Source: Callorhinchus milii (Eukaryota). From it: 64,000 nt of DNA. The DNA is taken from NCBI RefSeq assembly GCF_018977255.1, contig NW_024704742.1, positions 89,840,001 through 89,904,000 on the forward strand, read 5' to 3'. Positions 37,322-49,570 of the stretch are shown in pieces. The notes beneath the pieces are model-generated. The model was not told the origin of the DNA. It was given only the letters and a program-made list of their open reading frames with translations, and ran no database searches. The stretch's first letter is position 1; each line of letters opens with the position of its first letter. The translations under genes and the position numbers were made by a program.

Positions 37322-38036
37322 GGAGACTTGTAACTCTGGTTAGAGAACTCACTTCACAAGCGAGAGACCTGGGTTCGATTCCCAGCAGGGCGAAACCTTG
37401 GGCAAGTTTCCTTACTCCATATGCCTGATCATAATCCCTCAAGAAAAAATATAAATAAAATAATTTGGTCACTCAATCCATGACGGTTTGTGGGACATTG
37501 CTGTGTGCAATTGGTTGCTGCATTTCAACCATAAATATACAGTCAATTCACTTTACGGTATAGTCTGAGGTGCTTTGAGACGTATAGAAGATGTGAAAAG
37601 TGCAATATCAAATGCAAGGATTATTTAAGGATTATGATTATTAATCTGCTGTTTTTGGACAACAGGTGAGATGAGTCCTGTAGCATAGTGCTACAGCACT
37701 TGCTTCGCAAGCGAGATACTTGGGTTCAATTCCCAGCAGGACGAAATGTTGGGCAAGTTTCCTTGCTTCACGCACCTGTTTACCTAGTAGTAAGTAGGAA
37801 TCCAATTGTTAGCTGATTGGTGGATCACTGTTCTGGGGATAATCATTCCTTCCAAGAGAAGGTAATAAATTGGTCACTTCAATCCATGACTGTTTGCGGG
37901 ACACTGCTGTATGCAGTTGTCTGCTGTGTTTCGACCACAAAATATACAGTCAATTCACTTTACAGTATATTCTGTAAAGTGCTTTGAGACATCTCGAAGA
38001 CGTGATAAGGTGCTATATGAAATGTAACAATTATTA
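37322..38036 (+). mobile_element. Two tandem Deu-domain SINEs (about 37322-37643 and 37672-38036)
   Basis: Two tRNA-like heads with GGTTCGATTCCC / GGTTCAATTCCC B boxes, and two tails. Confidence 0.82.
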
Positions 38037-38384
38037 TGTTGCGATTAACTACAGTGGCGCTGGTAAATAAAGAGGAAAATCAGCCTTTTCCTGATTGTTG
38101 TCCAGGGATCTCTTTCCCCCCTCCCCCCAACTGGAAGGTATGTGGGTGGGCTCAATAGTTTGACTCATTTGCACCTAAACAATTGGCATAAGGATTTATT
38201 TGCAGTCATCTTGCACACAAACAATTGGCATGAGGTTGGAAGTACAGGAATAGTGTTTGACACCTGTAGAAACTTGCTTCTGCTACTGTCTCTTTCTTTG
38301 GGACCCTTGTCCGTGTGTTTATGTCCAGACTTGACTATGCAAACTGCTTGAGAGACTCCCCGGCTCTTCCTACACAACAGCAGC

Positions 38385-39313
38385 AGCAACAAAATTACAT
38401 TTGTATGGCGCCTTTCACGTTGGGAGGATGTCCCAAGGCGCTGGTTAGACAGAGTTACGGACCCGAGCTGAGGGTCGGGGTGGGGGGAAACAGGGAGATT
38501 GAAAGCACGGTCAAAGAGGAGGGTCTTGAGGTAGGTCTTGAAGGTGGTAAGGGAGGGGGTGAGACGGAGGGACTGTGGGATGGAGTTCCAGAGGGTGGTT
38601 GTACAGTGGCGGAAGTCCTGTTTGCCAATAGTGAGGCGAACAAGGCAGGGGATGTGATGCAGGCTGGAGCCCGCTGAGCGGAGGGAGCGAACGGTGGTAG
38701 GGGGTTAGGAGGTTGTAGAGTAGGGGGGAGCGAGACCATGGAGGGCTTTGAAAGTGAGGACCAGGATCTTGAACTGTATCCTCTGTGTGATGGGAAGCCA
38801 GTGGAGTTGGGCAAGGATGGGGGTGATAGGGTCATGGAGCCAAGTCTGGGAGAGGACATGAGCTGCAGAGTTCTGGATGAACTCACACTCACCAAGCCAT
38901 TGTGCAATCTAGGCATCCAGTTCGACCCCCGGCTGTCCTGCCTCCCCCACGTCCGGTCCCTGACCAGGACCACCTTCTTCCATCTCAGCCACATTGCCCG
39001 CCTCCAACCATACCATGCCCCAACTGCAGCTGAAACCCTTGTGAATGAGTTTGTCACCTGCTTGGAATACTCAAAACGCACTGCTTATCGGTCTGCCCAG
39101 CTCCACTATTCAAAAGATCCAGTTCATCAAGAACTCTGCCGCCCGTATACTGACCCGGACCAAACTCCATACCCACATCTCACCAGTTCTGTCCAGGCTC
39201 CACTGGCTCCCCATCACCGAACAGATCGACTTCAAGATTTCAGTCAGACTGCCACTGTTAAGTGCTCTGAGACGCTACCCTGCATGGAGGACACTATATA
39301 AGTACAAGTTGTA
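38385..39313. mobile_element. L2 fragments in opposite orientation (minus about 38385-38880; plus about 38881-39313)
   Basis: The L2 tail is on the minus strand. NLGIQFDP...IQFIKNSAAR is on the plus strand. Confidence 0.75.
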
Positions 39314-40479
39314 GATGTTCCAGGATTGTGCAGCCTTGTGTCCTTTTCCACACTCGGACCCCTGAAACATTACTTGATTCATTTGGCTCCATTTGTTTCC
39401 CATCCCTAAGTAGATCAAATTCAAGATTCTCATCTTTAACTCTCTTTACGTCTTGCCCCACTCTTAATACTGCAACCTCCTCAAACCATACAGACCAGGC
39501 TGCGCCCTTTGTTCAGAGCTCAATGACCTGCTTCATGTTCCACACTATCACGACAAGTTTACAGCCTCTTTGTTCCCACTCTGGAACTTTATAACAGTGC
39601 AAACACCTCATTCAAGGACTGTCTCAAGACTTTTTGACCATGCTTTCGCTCATTTTTCCCTTCCCGTCCCCAGCTCAGGTGCCCAGCTGTTAGGCATGTT
39701 TAGATGTTCACCTGGTTCATTGTTTAATACATTACTTGCATTTGATATAGTGCCTTTTCACTTCAAAATATCTCAAAGCATAAATTTCTGTAAAATTTGA
39801 TGATTACATATTTGTAGGTGATTGCAGCAACCGATTTGGATATCAATTTAAATGAATGGCCGAGGACACTCCGTTTTCATGTTGCGCTTTGGGAGCTTTA
39901 ACTTCCACCTGAATGGCAGACGGGATTTAACTCTTAACATCTCATTCCAAAGGATATGACGCCTCTGCCACTAGTTGAATCAATTGCCTTTTGCTATTTT
40001 AATTTTCAAGACCAGACACATCTTGCCACATACATTCCAGTGCAAGCATCTTTTTCGAAAGGTACATTCTCTGTTCCAGATTAGGCAATATTTTGTGAAT
40101 GTTATGATTCCTGGAATTTCCTGAGGACCCGATGGCTATTCTCAGTGTTTTATATGAAGCTTTGGAAGCAATTACTCTTCCCATCTTATTGAAGATTGGC
40201 ATTCAGGCTTATTCCAAGGATGAACTGCTGAAGCTGCTTTTTCCCAGAGGTGGTACAAAATTTAGCAGTCAAGTGTTGAACACCAAGAAGGTTGGGAACC
40301 AAATCTGGATCTTGGCACTGAAAATCTCCCCAAATGTTCCAGCTCTGTGGGCTAAGCTTTTGACTGCCAATTGTAGGGTGGGGGCGGTAGTGCTGACGAG
40401 TGTGGGGATGAAGGTGTCTGTTATGCTCGTGCATCAACCTGAGACGAGCACCAGTTCATTAGTCCTGGTAGAGGGTGAA

Positions 40480-40700
40480 TATAATAATAATAATAATCCT
40501 TGCATTTGATATAGCGCTTTTCACGTCGGGAGACGTCCCAAAGCGCTTCACAGAACATACTGTAAAGTGAATTGACTGTATATTTGTGGGCGAACGCGGC
40601 AGCCAATTGTGCACAGCAGCGTCCCCGCAAACAGTGGTGGGTTGAAAATGACCAATTTATTGTGGTTTTTGGTTTTGGAGGGTTTATTGAATGGGAGAAA
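40480..40700 (-). mobile_element. Deu-domain SINE 3' half
   Basis: Near-identical to 10833-11035. Confidence 0.8.
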
Positions 40701-41490
40701 CATTGGCTCTCGGGAGGAGGAGGAGGAGGAGGAGGAGGAGAAGAAGTTGTAATGGAGGAGAAAAGGGGCAGCAGATGGAGTGGTGTAATGCACAAAGTTC
40801 AAGTTCCCCTTTCCACCTCCTCTGCCCCCACCCCCAGTGCTGAGGGCTGACCAGAGGGGCAGTGGAATCACACCCCCAGAAGGTACCGGTGCCTTTAGCA
40901 GAGCAAACCCACTCCCTTAACACACACATCGCGTGATACCATCGCGCACAAGTCAGGTCAGGGAGACGGACGGTGATGTTTCCAGGTCGCTGTGACATTT
41001 TTCACGATGAATTATGCCATCACGTCGCAGGTGGGCAACAAAACCCCCCAGTTTTACCAAATCAGGACTCCTGCCCCCCCTTTAGCCCCCGCACTCGGCT
41101 GCACAGTATCTGCCTCAGTCTAGTTTGAAGATCTCTTTCTTTTCCAACCCCCCTCTCTGGTGCTTTAAACACCTTCCCGCAGGAGCGGCCGCGTTTAAAT
41201 CCTCTGTAAAGGGATTTGCATTGGGGGCCATGTGACAATGTCGAGGTGGGTGTGCGAGCGTCAGAGGGCGAAGGGATTTATTATCAGTGCAACTTGGTAA
41301 CGAGGGGCGTCTTCCCTCACCAGACGCCTGATCGAGTTTGAGCTCAGCACCACATTGAAGCCTTTGGGGAACCCGGAGGTTAAAATGCATCCAACGCAGA
41401 GGAGTGAGTGAGTGTGAGTGAGTGAGTGAGTGAGTGAGAGTGACTCACACTGAGACCTCTCTCCCTTTCACACACACACACACACACACC

Positions 41491-41528
41491 ATGAAAAGAA
41501 AATGCATCTGCGACCTGTGCACCTGTGG
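41491..41528 (+). CDS. SAXO1: Stabilizer of axonemal microtubules 1 (FAM154A), first coding exon
   Basis: ccATG MKRKCICDLCTCG then GTAAGT. Matches the SAXO N-terminal CICxLCxCG motif. Lies in a CpG-rich region and is syntenic downstream of HAUS6. Exon 2 was not found in the window. Confidence 0.85.
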
Positions 41529-41682
41529 GTAAGTCGATTCAAGCGCAGTTGGCGGCAGCAATGTTTGCTCTGGTTTTCATTTGGACTCCAGAGAGAGAGG
41601 GGGGAATGCACCAGTGCCCCCATCTCTGCTGTGGTTCACCGGTTGGTTGGTGGAGGCTGAGCTCGACACTCGGTTGGAATCT

Positions 41683-41910
41683 TTTTCTCTTTGACCGAGC
41701 CTTCAGCTCCCCTCTCGACTCTCTTTCCCCTCCTCGCTCCCTCCCTTCCCTCCCCTCACCCTGACCATTTCCCCCTCCTCGCTCCCTCCCTTCCCTCCCC
41801 TCACCCTGACCATTTCCCCCCTGCTCGGGTCATGACCCAACTGTGCAGCGCCTTGGGACGTCTCCTGACGTGAAAGGCGCTTTATAAATGGAATCTTGTT
41901 GTTGTTGTTT
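41683..41910 (+). mobile_element. Young L2 3'UTR fragment
   Basis: Near-identical to 23899-24157. Confidence 0.75.
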
Positions 41911-42451
41911 TCTGATGGATTTGCCATTCATTTTATGCAAAGATTCACAATCGTTTGTCGTGGTTGCAGTGCGGTGTCGGTAATCTCTCTATCCAGACTG
42001 CCGCACAGGGCAGTTTGCTGACCATACTCCAGTTTAATCCTCTTAATACAGAAGGATTATAGGATTGATCTGTGGTATAGTGAAGGTTAATACGAGGCAC
42101 AGTGAAAATCAACCAAATCCAACCCCATGCAGGTGCTGTGCTTTCAAGTAAAGGTTAAGGATATGTAAAAATGGCTGTAATTTGCACTTCAGAAAGGTTA
42201 TATTTTGTCTTGTTATACTTAATTGTACTTATTTGAGATTTTAAGGACCACTAGAGCCCCCAGTAATCCCCAAAGCCAACAAGAAACTTTATTTTATAGT
42301 AACAGGTGTGAGTGATGTCAAAACAATGATGCAACCTATGTGACCAGTAATGAAGTGTGATACAGTATTGTGTGTCAATCAGATATCCATCCATCTAGTA
42401 ATATGCTTCTGCGCCAGTAGATGTGAGCAATGAACCTGCTATGTAGTAGAG

Positions 42452-42465
42452 GTAACCATAGCAAC
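42452..42465. promoter_or_regulatory. RFX X-box
   Basis: GTAACCATAGCAAC fits GTNRCC-N(0-3)-RGYAAC and lies in intron 1 of a ciliary gene. Confidence 0.5.
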
Positions 42466-42989
42466 TCAGCCTAATAACAGCTACTGAGCTTTCTGTGATG
42501 GCAATGCCACAAAGACAACATACTTATGTAACACTGCTTACGCAAGACATAACCACTATAAAATGTTATAAAATCAAACCAACATAATCAACACAAAACA
42601 TTGGAGTTATTCAATACAGTTATTCAATACACAAGTACTCCCGACTTTATAACAACACCAATTTACATTTATGTTGTACCTTTCACATCAGGAGGAAGTT
42701 TCAAAGCATCATCCATACGTGACTGGGAGCCTGAGCTGGGAGGTGGGGCGCGGGGGGCTGGAAGGTGGCCAAAAGTGCAGTCAAAAAAGATAAATCTTTA
42801 GGAAGTATGTTCTGATATTGGAGACCATCCTCCACCAATTCACCAGATTAATACCCAAAATGAAGGGTTTTAGTGTTCAGAAGCTGGGTAGACTTGGGTT
42901 ATATATTGAGTTTGCCTACAAACCTCACACAGTCACATCTCTTTGCAGTGTATGATGTGAAGCGCTTTGAAATGTCTTGATGACATGGT

Positions 42990-43350
42990 AAATCCTGCAG
43001 CTTAGTGGTTAGTTTGAGAGGACCTGGGTTTGACTCCCAGCAGGGTGAAATGTTGGGCAAGTTTTCTTACTCTATGCGCCTCTGTTTACTTAGTAGTAAG
43101 TAGGAACCCGTTTGTAAGTCGATTGGCGGATCACTTTTCCGGAAGTAATAATTCCTTCAAAGTAAATAAAAATAATTTGGTTACTCAATCCACGACTGTT
43201 TGTGGGACACTGCTGTGCATAATTGGCTGCTGTGTTTCGCCAACAAAATATACAGTCAATTCACTTTACAGTATATACTGTGAAGTGCTTTGAGATGTCT
43301 GAAGACATGATAAGCACTATATCAAATGCAAAGATTATAGTATTATTATA
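42990..43350 (+). mobile_element. Deu-domain SINE
   Basis: Degenerate head, with family body and tail. Confidence 0.75.
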
Positions 43351-44324
43351 AGGTGCTGTATCGAAAGCAAACTCCTTAAAGCCGAGGAAGTTGAGGGTGA
43401 TCTGATTGAGGTTTTTAAAATAATAAAGGAAAAATAATGATAATAATGTCAATCCAGATGCTCTTCTCTCTGGTTGACACCTTTGACATTGGGAGAACAT
43501 CTGAAAGTCTTAAAGTGCTTCACAACAGTGTGCTGGGCACCTGATCTGGGGGCGGAGGGGGTTGGGAGATGAAAGTGCAATAAAAGGGTAAGTGTTGAGT
43601 TGATCTTTGAGAATGTAGAGGGAGAAGGAGAGTCAAAGGGACTCTGTGATGAAAGATGCAGATTGGTAAGAAAGGAAACTTGTGGACATAAGGGTTATGG
43701 AGAAAAGGTGGGAGATAGCATTAAAAAAGTCTGCCATGAGCAGAATATGCTTGACAAATAGGATTGCCCCTCCTGTTCCTGTCATATAGAAGAGTTAATA
43801 TGGGCAGATTGGCCATTTAACATCTTGCCTTTTTCTGTTATGGAACAAACCTCTCACTGTATCTTAACAATTAGCAAGTATAGTCATCAATTTGACCATC
43901 AATGAGACCACTTGCACTGTAAATTATACGTAGTTGTTTCTAAATGTTCCGAAACTGGTATTATTCCGATAGTTGTTATTCACTTCATGACTGTTTGTGG
44001 ATGAGTGTGGCAAATTGCCGTACTCATCCACAAAAAGACTTTATAATGTATTATGTGAAGTGCTTTGGAACATGAATGTCCTCTGGACATGAAATGTGTT
44101 ATATTAAATGTAAGGACCATTATTATAATAGTATTATTAAAAAAATCATAGTTTAGACATTTTTATATATAAAATGTACATTTATCACCATGAAATATAG
44201 GATGGATGTCAAGCAATAGATATCATTCTCCCACCCCCAGAACAAACATCAATATCCCCCAAAACTCCAAATCCATGAGATCTGTGGTGTGTGTCCCCTT
44301 GCCTACATTCTGCTACCCATTCAT

Positions 44325-44550
44325 GGTTCAGTTGGTCCCCTTCCTCTTTTGGAAGTTCATACTGTGCAAGTTTAGCTTCTAGTTCCTTATTTTCCTCCAA
44401 TAATGCCTCGTACTTCTGTCTCAGTTCGGTTACTTCAAGTCAAAGTGTTTCAACGTCTGCAGCTTCTGGACCGGCTGTTCCCAAATGACGTTTCAAAAAA
44501 CTGATTACATCTTTTGTTAGAGCATCTGGAACTCCATCTTTTTCTAAGTA
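44325..44550 (-). pseudogene. MYCBP: Processed pseudogene of MYC-binding protein (MYCBP/AMY-1)
   Basis: Minus strand reads YLEKDGVPDALTK-DVIS-FLKRHLGTAGPEAADVETL*LEVTELRQKYEALLEENKELEAKLAQYELPKEE. MYCBP reads YLEKSGVLDTLTK..FLKHHLG..LRLE..KYEAIVEENKKLKAKLAQYEPPQEE. Intronless, 5'-truncated, with TGA at 44440-42. Confidence 0.88.
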
Positions 44551-44840
44551 TTATTAATATGATCTTTCCATCCAATAGAATTTTTTCTCTCTTGTAGAAA
44601 TGCTTTTTGGAATTCTGCTGAAATCTATCATTCAGGCTAGAGTGAGGAGCCCCTTTTCCAGAAAATACTTTCCATAACTGAGATCTAGAAACCAGCTTTT
44701 CCACTGTGCAGAAAACATTTAGAATTAACTTCAGCTTCAGATTTGTAAAAAGACAGATAAGACACCTGTCAATCAATTAGCATAATAGATACTTGGCAAA
44801 ATGATACTCTTGACATTGGGTGCATATATTAACGAACGTG

Positions 44841-45110
44841 TGTCAACCTGGCTCAGTTGGTAGCAATCTTGCCTCTGAGTCAGAAGGTTATGGGTTCAAG
44901 CACCACGTAAGGACTTTGAGCTCAAGTCTAAGCTGAAACTCCATTACAGTGCCGCATTGTTGGCAGTGTCATCCTTTGGATGAGATATTAAACTGAGGTC
45001 CTGTCTGTACCTGCTCTGGTAGATGTTAAAGATCCCATGGCACTCTTTGAAAGGAGAATGGGGTTTCACCCAATGTTCTGGCCTCAGATAAAAATTGGCC
45101 ATTCACTTCA
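44841..45110 (+). mobile_element. Older SacSINE1/AmnSINE-like DeuSINE
   Basis: tggctcagttggtagc head, then gatgagatattaaactgaggtc...taaagatcccatggcact Deu core. Relatives at about 62415-62870 and 63645-63932. Confidence 0.7.
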
Positions 45111-47399
45111 TGGTCGCTTAAGTGAGATTGCTGAGCTAGAATCCAGGGTGGCATGCTTGGCAATGCAATGTCGGAATCGTATCAGTTTCCATGTGTAGGT
45201 AGCAAACATATATGTAATTTAGTCTGTTGGACACTCTTAAGCATGATGATGGGTTTCTGCAGGTGTCATACTGACTATGACCAAAATAAATCTGAAAGTT
45301 GGCACCTTATGACAATGTAGCACACCTCCAGGATGACCGGGACTGTCATCTTATGTTACAGCTGTTGTGGGGCTTGAATCATAGCCCTCTGACCCAGAGG
45401 CGAGCGTGCCACCATTTGAGTCAAACTGATACAGGGGTAACAGGGAAAAGTACTGTACACTATTCCGTTATGTGTATGTTCTCAGATGTTGAAGATTTGT
45501 TCTACTCTTGCCAGATCAATTAATTAAACAGCTTTTAAACAGATAAGTGGAATTTAGGTAATATAGGAGGGAGTAAAGGAATAGAGGACTTCTGTGATAA
45601 GACAGTTATGAATGTTCCCTTACTTGAACTGAAATGTAAATACAGTATTGTTCATTGAACAATGATTGTATCTAATATATATGTAACACGGTGTGCTTTC
45701 TTTGAAACTTCACATTCAAAGTAGAAGAAATGCATTGACCGGCTGCCAAATCTAATTTGTTTTCCAAGTGAATTGTGCCTTACATGTGGAATTAATTAAC
45801 CAAAGTTATAATCCTTGCATTTAATATACATCTCCAAGTGCATCACAGGATGTACTGTAAAGTGTAGTAACTGTACTTTATAAGCGAACATGGCAGACAA
45901 ATTGCAATAATGTCCTGCAAACAGCCACAAAGTGAATGACGAAAATCTAACGGATTTTGACCAAGACACTGCGAGAAACTCCCTTTTTATAATAGTGGCA
46001 TGGGATTTTTAATGCCTGTCTGTGAAAACAACGCTGCCCCAGCACTGCATTGAGTGTCAGCCTACCCTAGACTATATGAATTCAAAGTTCTGATGTGAGA
46101 CTTGAACTCACAACCTTTTGTCACAGAAGAAGTGTTGCTGCTAGCTAAGCCAGGCTGACATCATTGAGCCAGGCTGACACCATCTAAAATAAATCTAAAT
46201 AAAGCATGGCATGTTCACAATGCTGACAAAGTTATTTACGCAATATTTTATATTTGTGTTTGAGAGCAGATAGCAACTAGGTCATGCGTGCTCTCTCGTG
46301 CCTCCCTGAGTGTTAAACCACCATCTTGAAAAACATTCAGTGGGAAGGTATTCAAATAGGAATAAATGTAGCCCAGAATAGAACATTTGAATTATTAATC
46401 ACAGAGCTGGCTTACATTTCTAACTCTGTGTCTAATTAGAAGTACAATCACATACATTTTAAATAAACTCAAGCTAAGGTATGTCTGACTTTAGTGGCAA
46501 GATTCTAGGTGAAAGATTTCTTTACATGCTTTTCTAACTCCAGATCTATAGGTGTAGAATATTGATGCATCACCATGTCTCCACACTATTCCTCCCTGGC
46601 CTATACGTTTCATAAGTAATTACATATACCTAACCCACAACCCACCCCCCACCCCACACACACCCTGTCCCCACCAGCTACACAAAACGGATCATATAAT
46701 TTGAAATATTTGTCCTGTCAGTCTGCACTTATACCTCTGCGCAAGGTATGTACCTAATGACTGAAGGCAAACTTGACAGCTAGTATATGATAGCAATGTC
46801 CTACAGACAGAAATGAAATACTTGTGTAATGGTGAATTCGAACAAGGGACATTGCTAGGACATGAAAAACTCGTCGTTCTTCAAAATAGTTGCTTGGGAA
46901 GTCCAGCATCCAGCTGAACCAGTAGACAGGATCTCAGTGTAACATCCCATAGCATCTCTCGACAGTCTCAGTCCTGAAGTGTAGCATAAATGCACAATGT
47001 TCCACCCCAAGCCCCCTGGTCTCACCATGAGTGGCTGAGAGTTTTACTGGGGCAGCATCAATAGGCAGGATGATGATAGCTGAGCAGTGTTTTGCCACCA
47101 AGTTCAATGTGAGTCATCATGTCACAGTGGAGTGAATCCAGGGTTACTCTGGAGCTTGTTCTCTTCTGTCAGTGAGAAGCTGATATGTGTGAAACCAGGT
47201 TAATCTTGCTGCACACACTGAGTGCACTGGTTTCTTCCAACAACAATAATATATAGTGCTGCTCATGCAAGGTAGCGTCCCAAAGCGATAAGATAATACG
47301 TGCTATAATTGAAGGGATTTCCATAGGCATGCTCTGAATTCAATGGTTCTGGTACTCTGCATCTTTAGCAAATACCATTGTTTTTTTGATGCATGAAAC

Positions 47400-48330
47400 A
47401 GTGAAACCCTGGAGTGCCTAGAATGGGAGTGATAGTAAAAGGAGCTTTTTTTAAAAAAAATTACCGTTGTGACTCTAACCTTGACAAGTATTTATGGGAA
47501 CTTGTTAGTTATCAGAAGTTCAATAGAGATAAATGGAAAGTACTTTTTCTAAGAAATAAAATAGGAGACGGTGTACTCCGTGGATGGAATAGAACATGCC
47601 AAAGGGGAAGCTTAAAGAGGTCTAGGGGTGTTAGGGTATTAGTTGGCTCATCATTCCCCAGGTCAAAACAGTGTGAGGCAACAATGAACAGGAAACTGGG
47701 TTACATTGCAGAATCATTGGAGTTATGATCCCTAGAAGTCAATGCTCTGATCAGGCCACGCCTGGAGTCCTGTGTATAGTTTTGGTTGGCACAACAAAAG
47801 GGGAGCAGTGAGATCATCCCCAACGTTAGATGAATAAGCTCTGAGCAATGTTTAGATAACCAATGCTTGTCAACCTTGAAAAGAGAGGTCTCAACAGGGA
47901 TCTTACAGAGGTGTATAAAATTTTAAATGCAATTGAGAAAGTGACCCAACAACAACAACTTGCATTTATATAGCACCCCTCATGCAGGGTAGCGTGCCAG
48001 AGAGTTTAGAGCAAAACCCACAACAATACTTTCAGATATGTCAGAGCAGCAGACAATAGGGTATAAGTTTAAGGTCACAAAGGACAATTTCAGTACAAAT
48101 AACAGGAAGTATTTATTTGCCCAATTCGTAATTAACGACTGGAATGTCTTCAACACGTTGAGGCCAGGATGTTGAATGTTGAAAGAAAAGTAGTGTGGGT
48201 ATTAGAATCATAGAAATTTGCAGTCCAGAAAGAGACCATTTAATCCATTGAGTCTGCATTGACTCTCAGAGTAATAATTCTGGAAGGATGACATCAAATG
48301 GGCTGAAGGGTGTTCTTCATCCAAAGCTAC
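47400..48330 (+). mobile_element. Old CR1 3' fragment
   Basis: KFNRDKWKVL, IRPRLESCV*FW, RGLNRDLTEVYKIL, and a CR1-type 3' end. Confidence 0.65.
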
Positions 48331-49239
48331 CTCACCTGTGATGGCATTGCAGACATTTTATTTTACACTGTACCAAAATGTGTTCCTTATTATGTAAATT
48401 CATATGTTGCATATGGCAATTTTCTCCAATGTAAATGGTTAGTGAAGGAATGACAGGAGCATTGTTATAGATGTTGGGTTGTAGATCGTGGATTAATTTC
48501 TCTCCGTACAAGTTTTGGCCTGTTTTCAAAACAGGTCCATATAAAGCTAGGCACTAAATTGAAAAGGATAATAATCTTATTTACGTAGCAAACCATCCAA
48601 TATTAAAACCATCCTCTTTGTTTGCATTCTCTCCCACACTGGTTGCATGAGCTATAGTAAAAGAGGCAGAGGCAAGATTGCAATCTTTGACTTGACTTCA
48701 TTGTTTTGTTAGTATGTTGACTGAAAGGGAGACATAGACACTACAAACAAAGTAGGTGATGACTGACTTAAATGTTATATTTGTGCAAGATCAAAGCAGG
48801 ATGTGGTTTCCTGTTACTTCTCTGCCTGCTCTCAGGTAAATGCTGTTCTGATAATATTCCACATGTCCGTGTTAAAGCCATTGAGTATGGGCAATACTTC
48901 AACCATATGCTACTGATGTGATGAGAATATATTATAAGTGTGTAATTAATTTAGTTTCTCTTTGTCTCAGAATATAGGAGTATCATAACCTAATGCTTTA
49001 CTGCATGACAAAAAGACATAAATGTGTTTAAACCTACAATAGGCTTCTTCACTGTTAAATCCATTGAAGTGAACATTAAAGTGCAAAATCCAGGTCTGCA
49101 ATCTATCCTTTGAACAAAAGATCAATTGGCCAATTTAACCATAATATACTATGTACATTTCTAACCAAAGCTGATGAAGTCCTGTAGCTCCTACCATATG
49201 TCTAAACAAAGATTTTTTTTATCATTTGTGTGTTTTTTG

Positions 49240-49570
49240 TATAACAAGTTACATTTGTATAGCGCCTTTCCCATCAGAAGGACATCCCAAGGAGTTGGAC
49301 AATCAGGGATTTGGACCCGAGCTATGGGCTGGGATCAGGAGGGTGGAGGGCAGGGAGGCGAGGTGTAGGTGGGTGACCGCAGCCACGGTCGAAGAGGAGG
49401 GTCTTGAAACGGTCTTGAAGGAAGCGAGGGAGGGAGCGGCGCAAAGGGAATGTGGGATGGAGTTCCAAAGGGTGAGGGCAGAGAGGCTGAAGGACTATCC
49501 GCCGATGGTGGGATGGGACGGTCGGAAGACATGGAGCAGGCCAGAGGATGCTGAGTGGAGCGAGTGGACA
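49240..49570 (-). mobile_element. L2 3' end
   Basis: acatttgtatagcgcc...gaagaggagggtcttg...atggagttccaaaggg. Confidence 0.75.

Noticed and set aside
10833..43350. tRNA-like sequences (Ala-like heads at about 11085-11155, 14678, 22547, 27567, 35470, 37322, 37672, 42990)
   Set aside because: These are SINE heads. They lack a proper acceptor stem, and each continues into the same SINE body and (TTA)n tail.
44209..44400. 63-aa minus-strand ORF as a functional small gene
   Set aside because: It has a non-ATG start, is the 3' part of the MYCBP pseudogene, and lies downstream of an in-frame stop.
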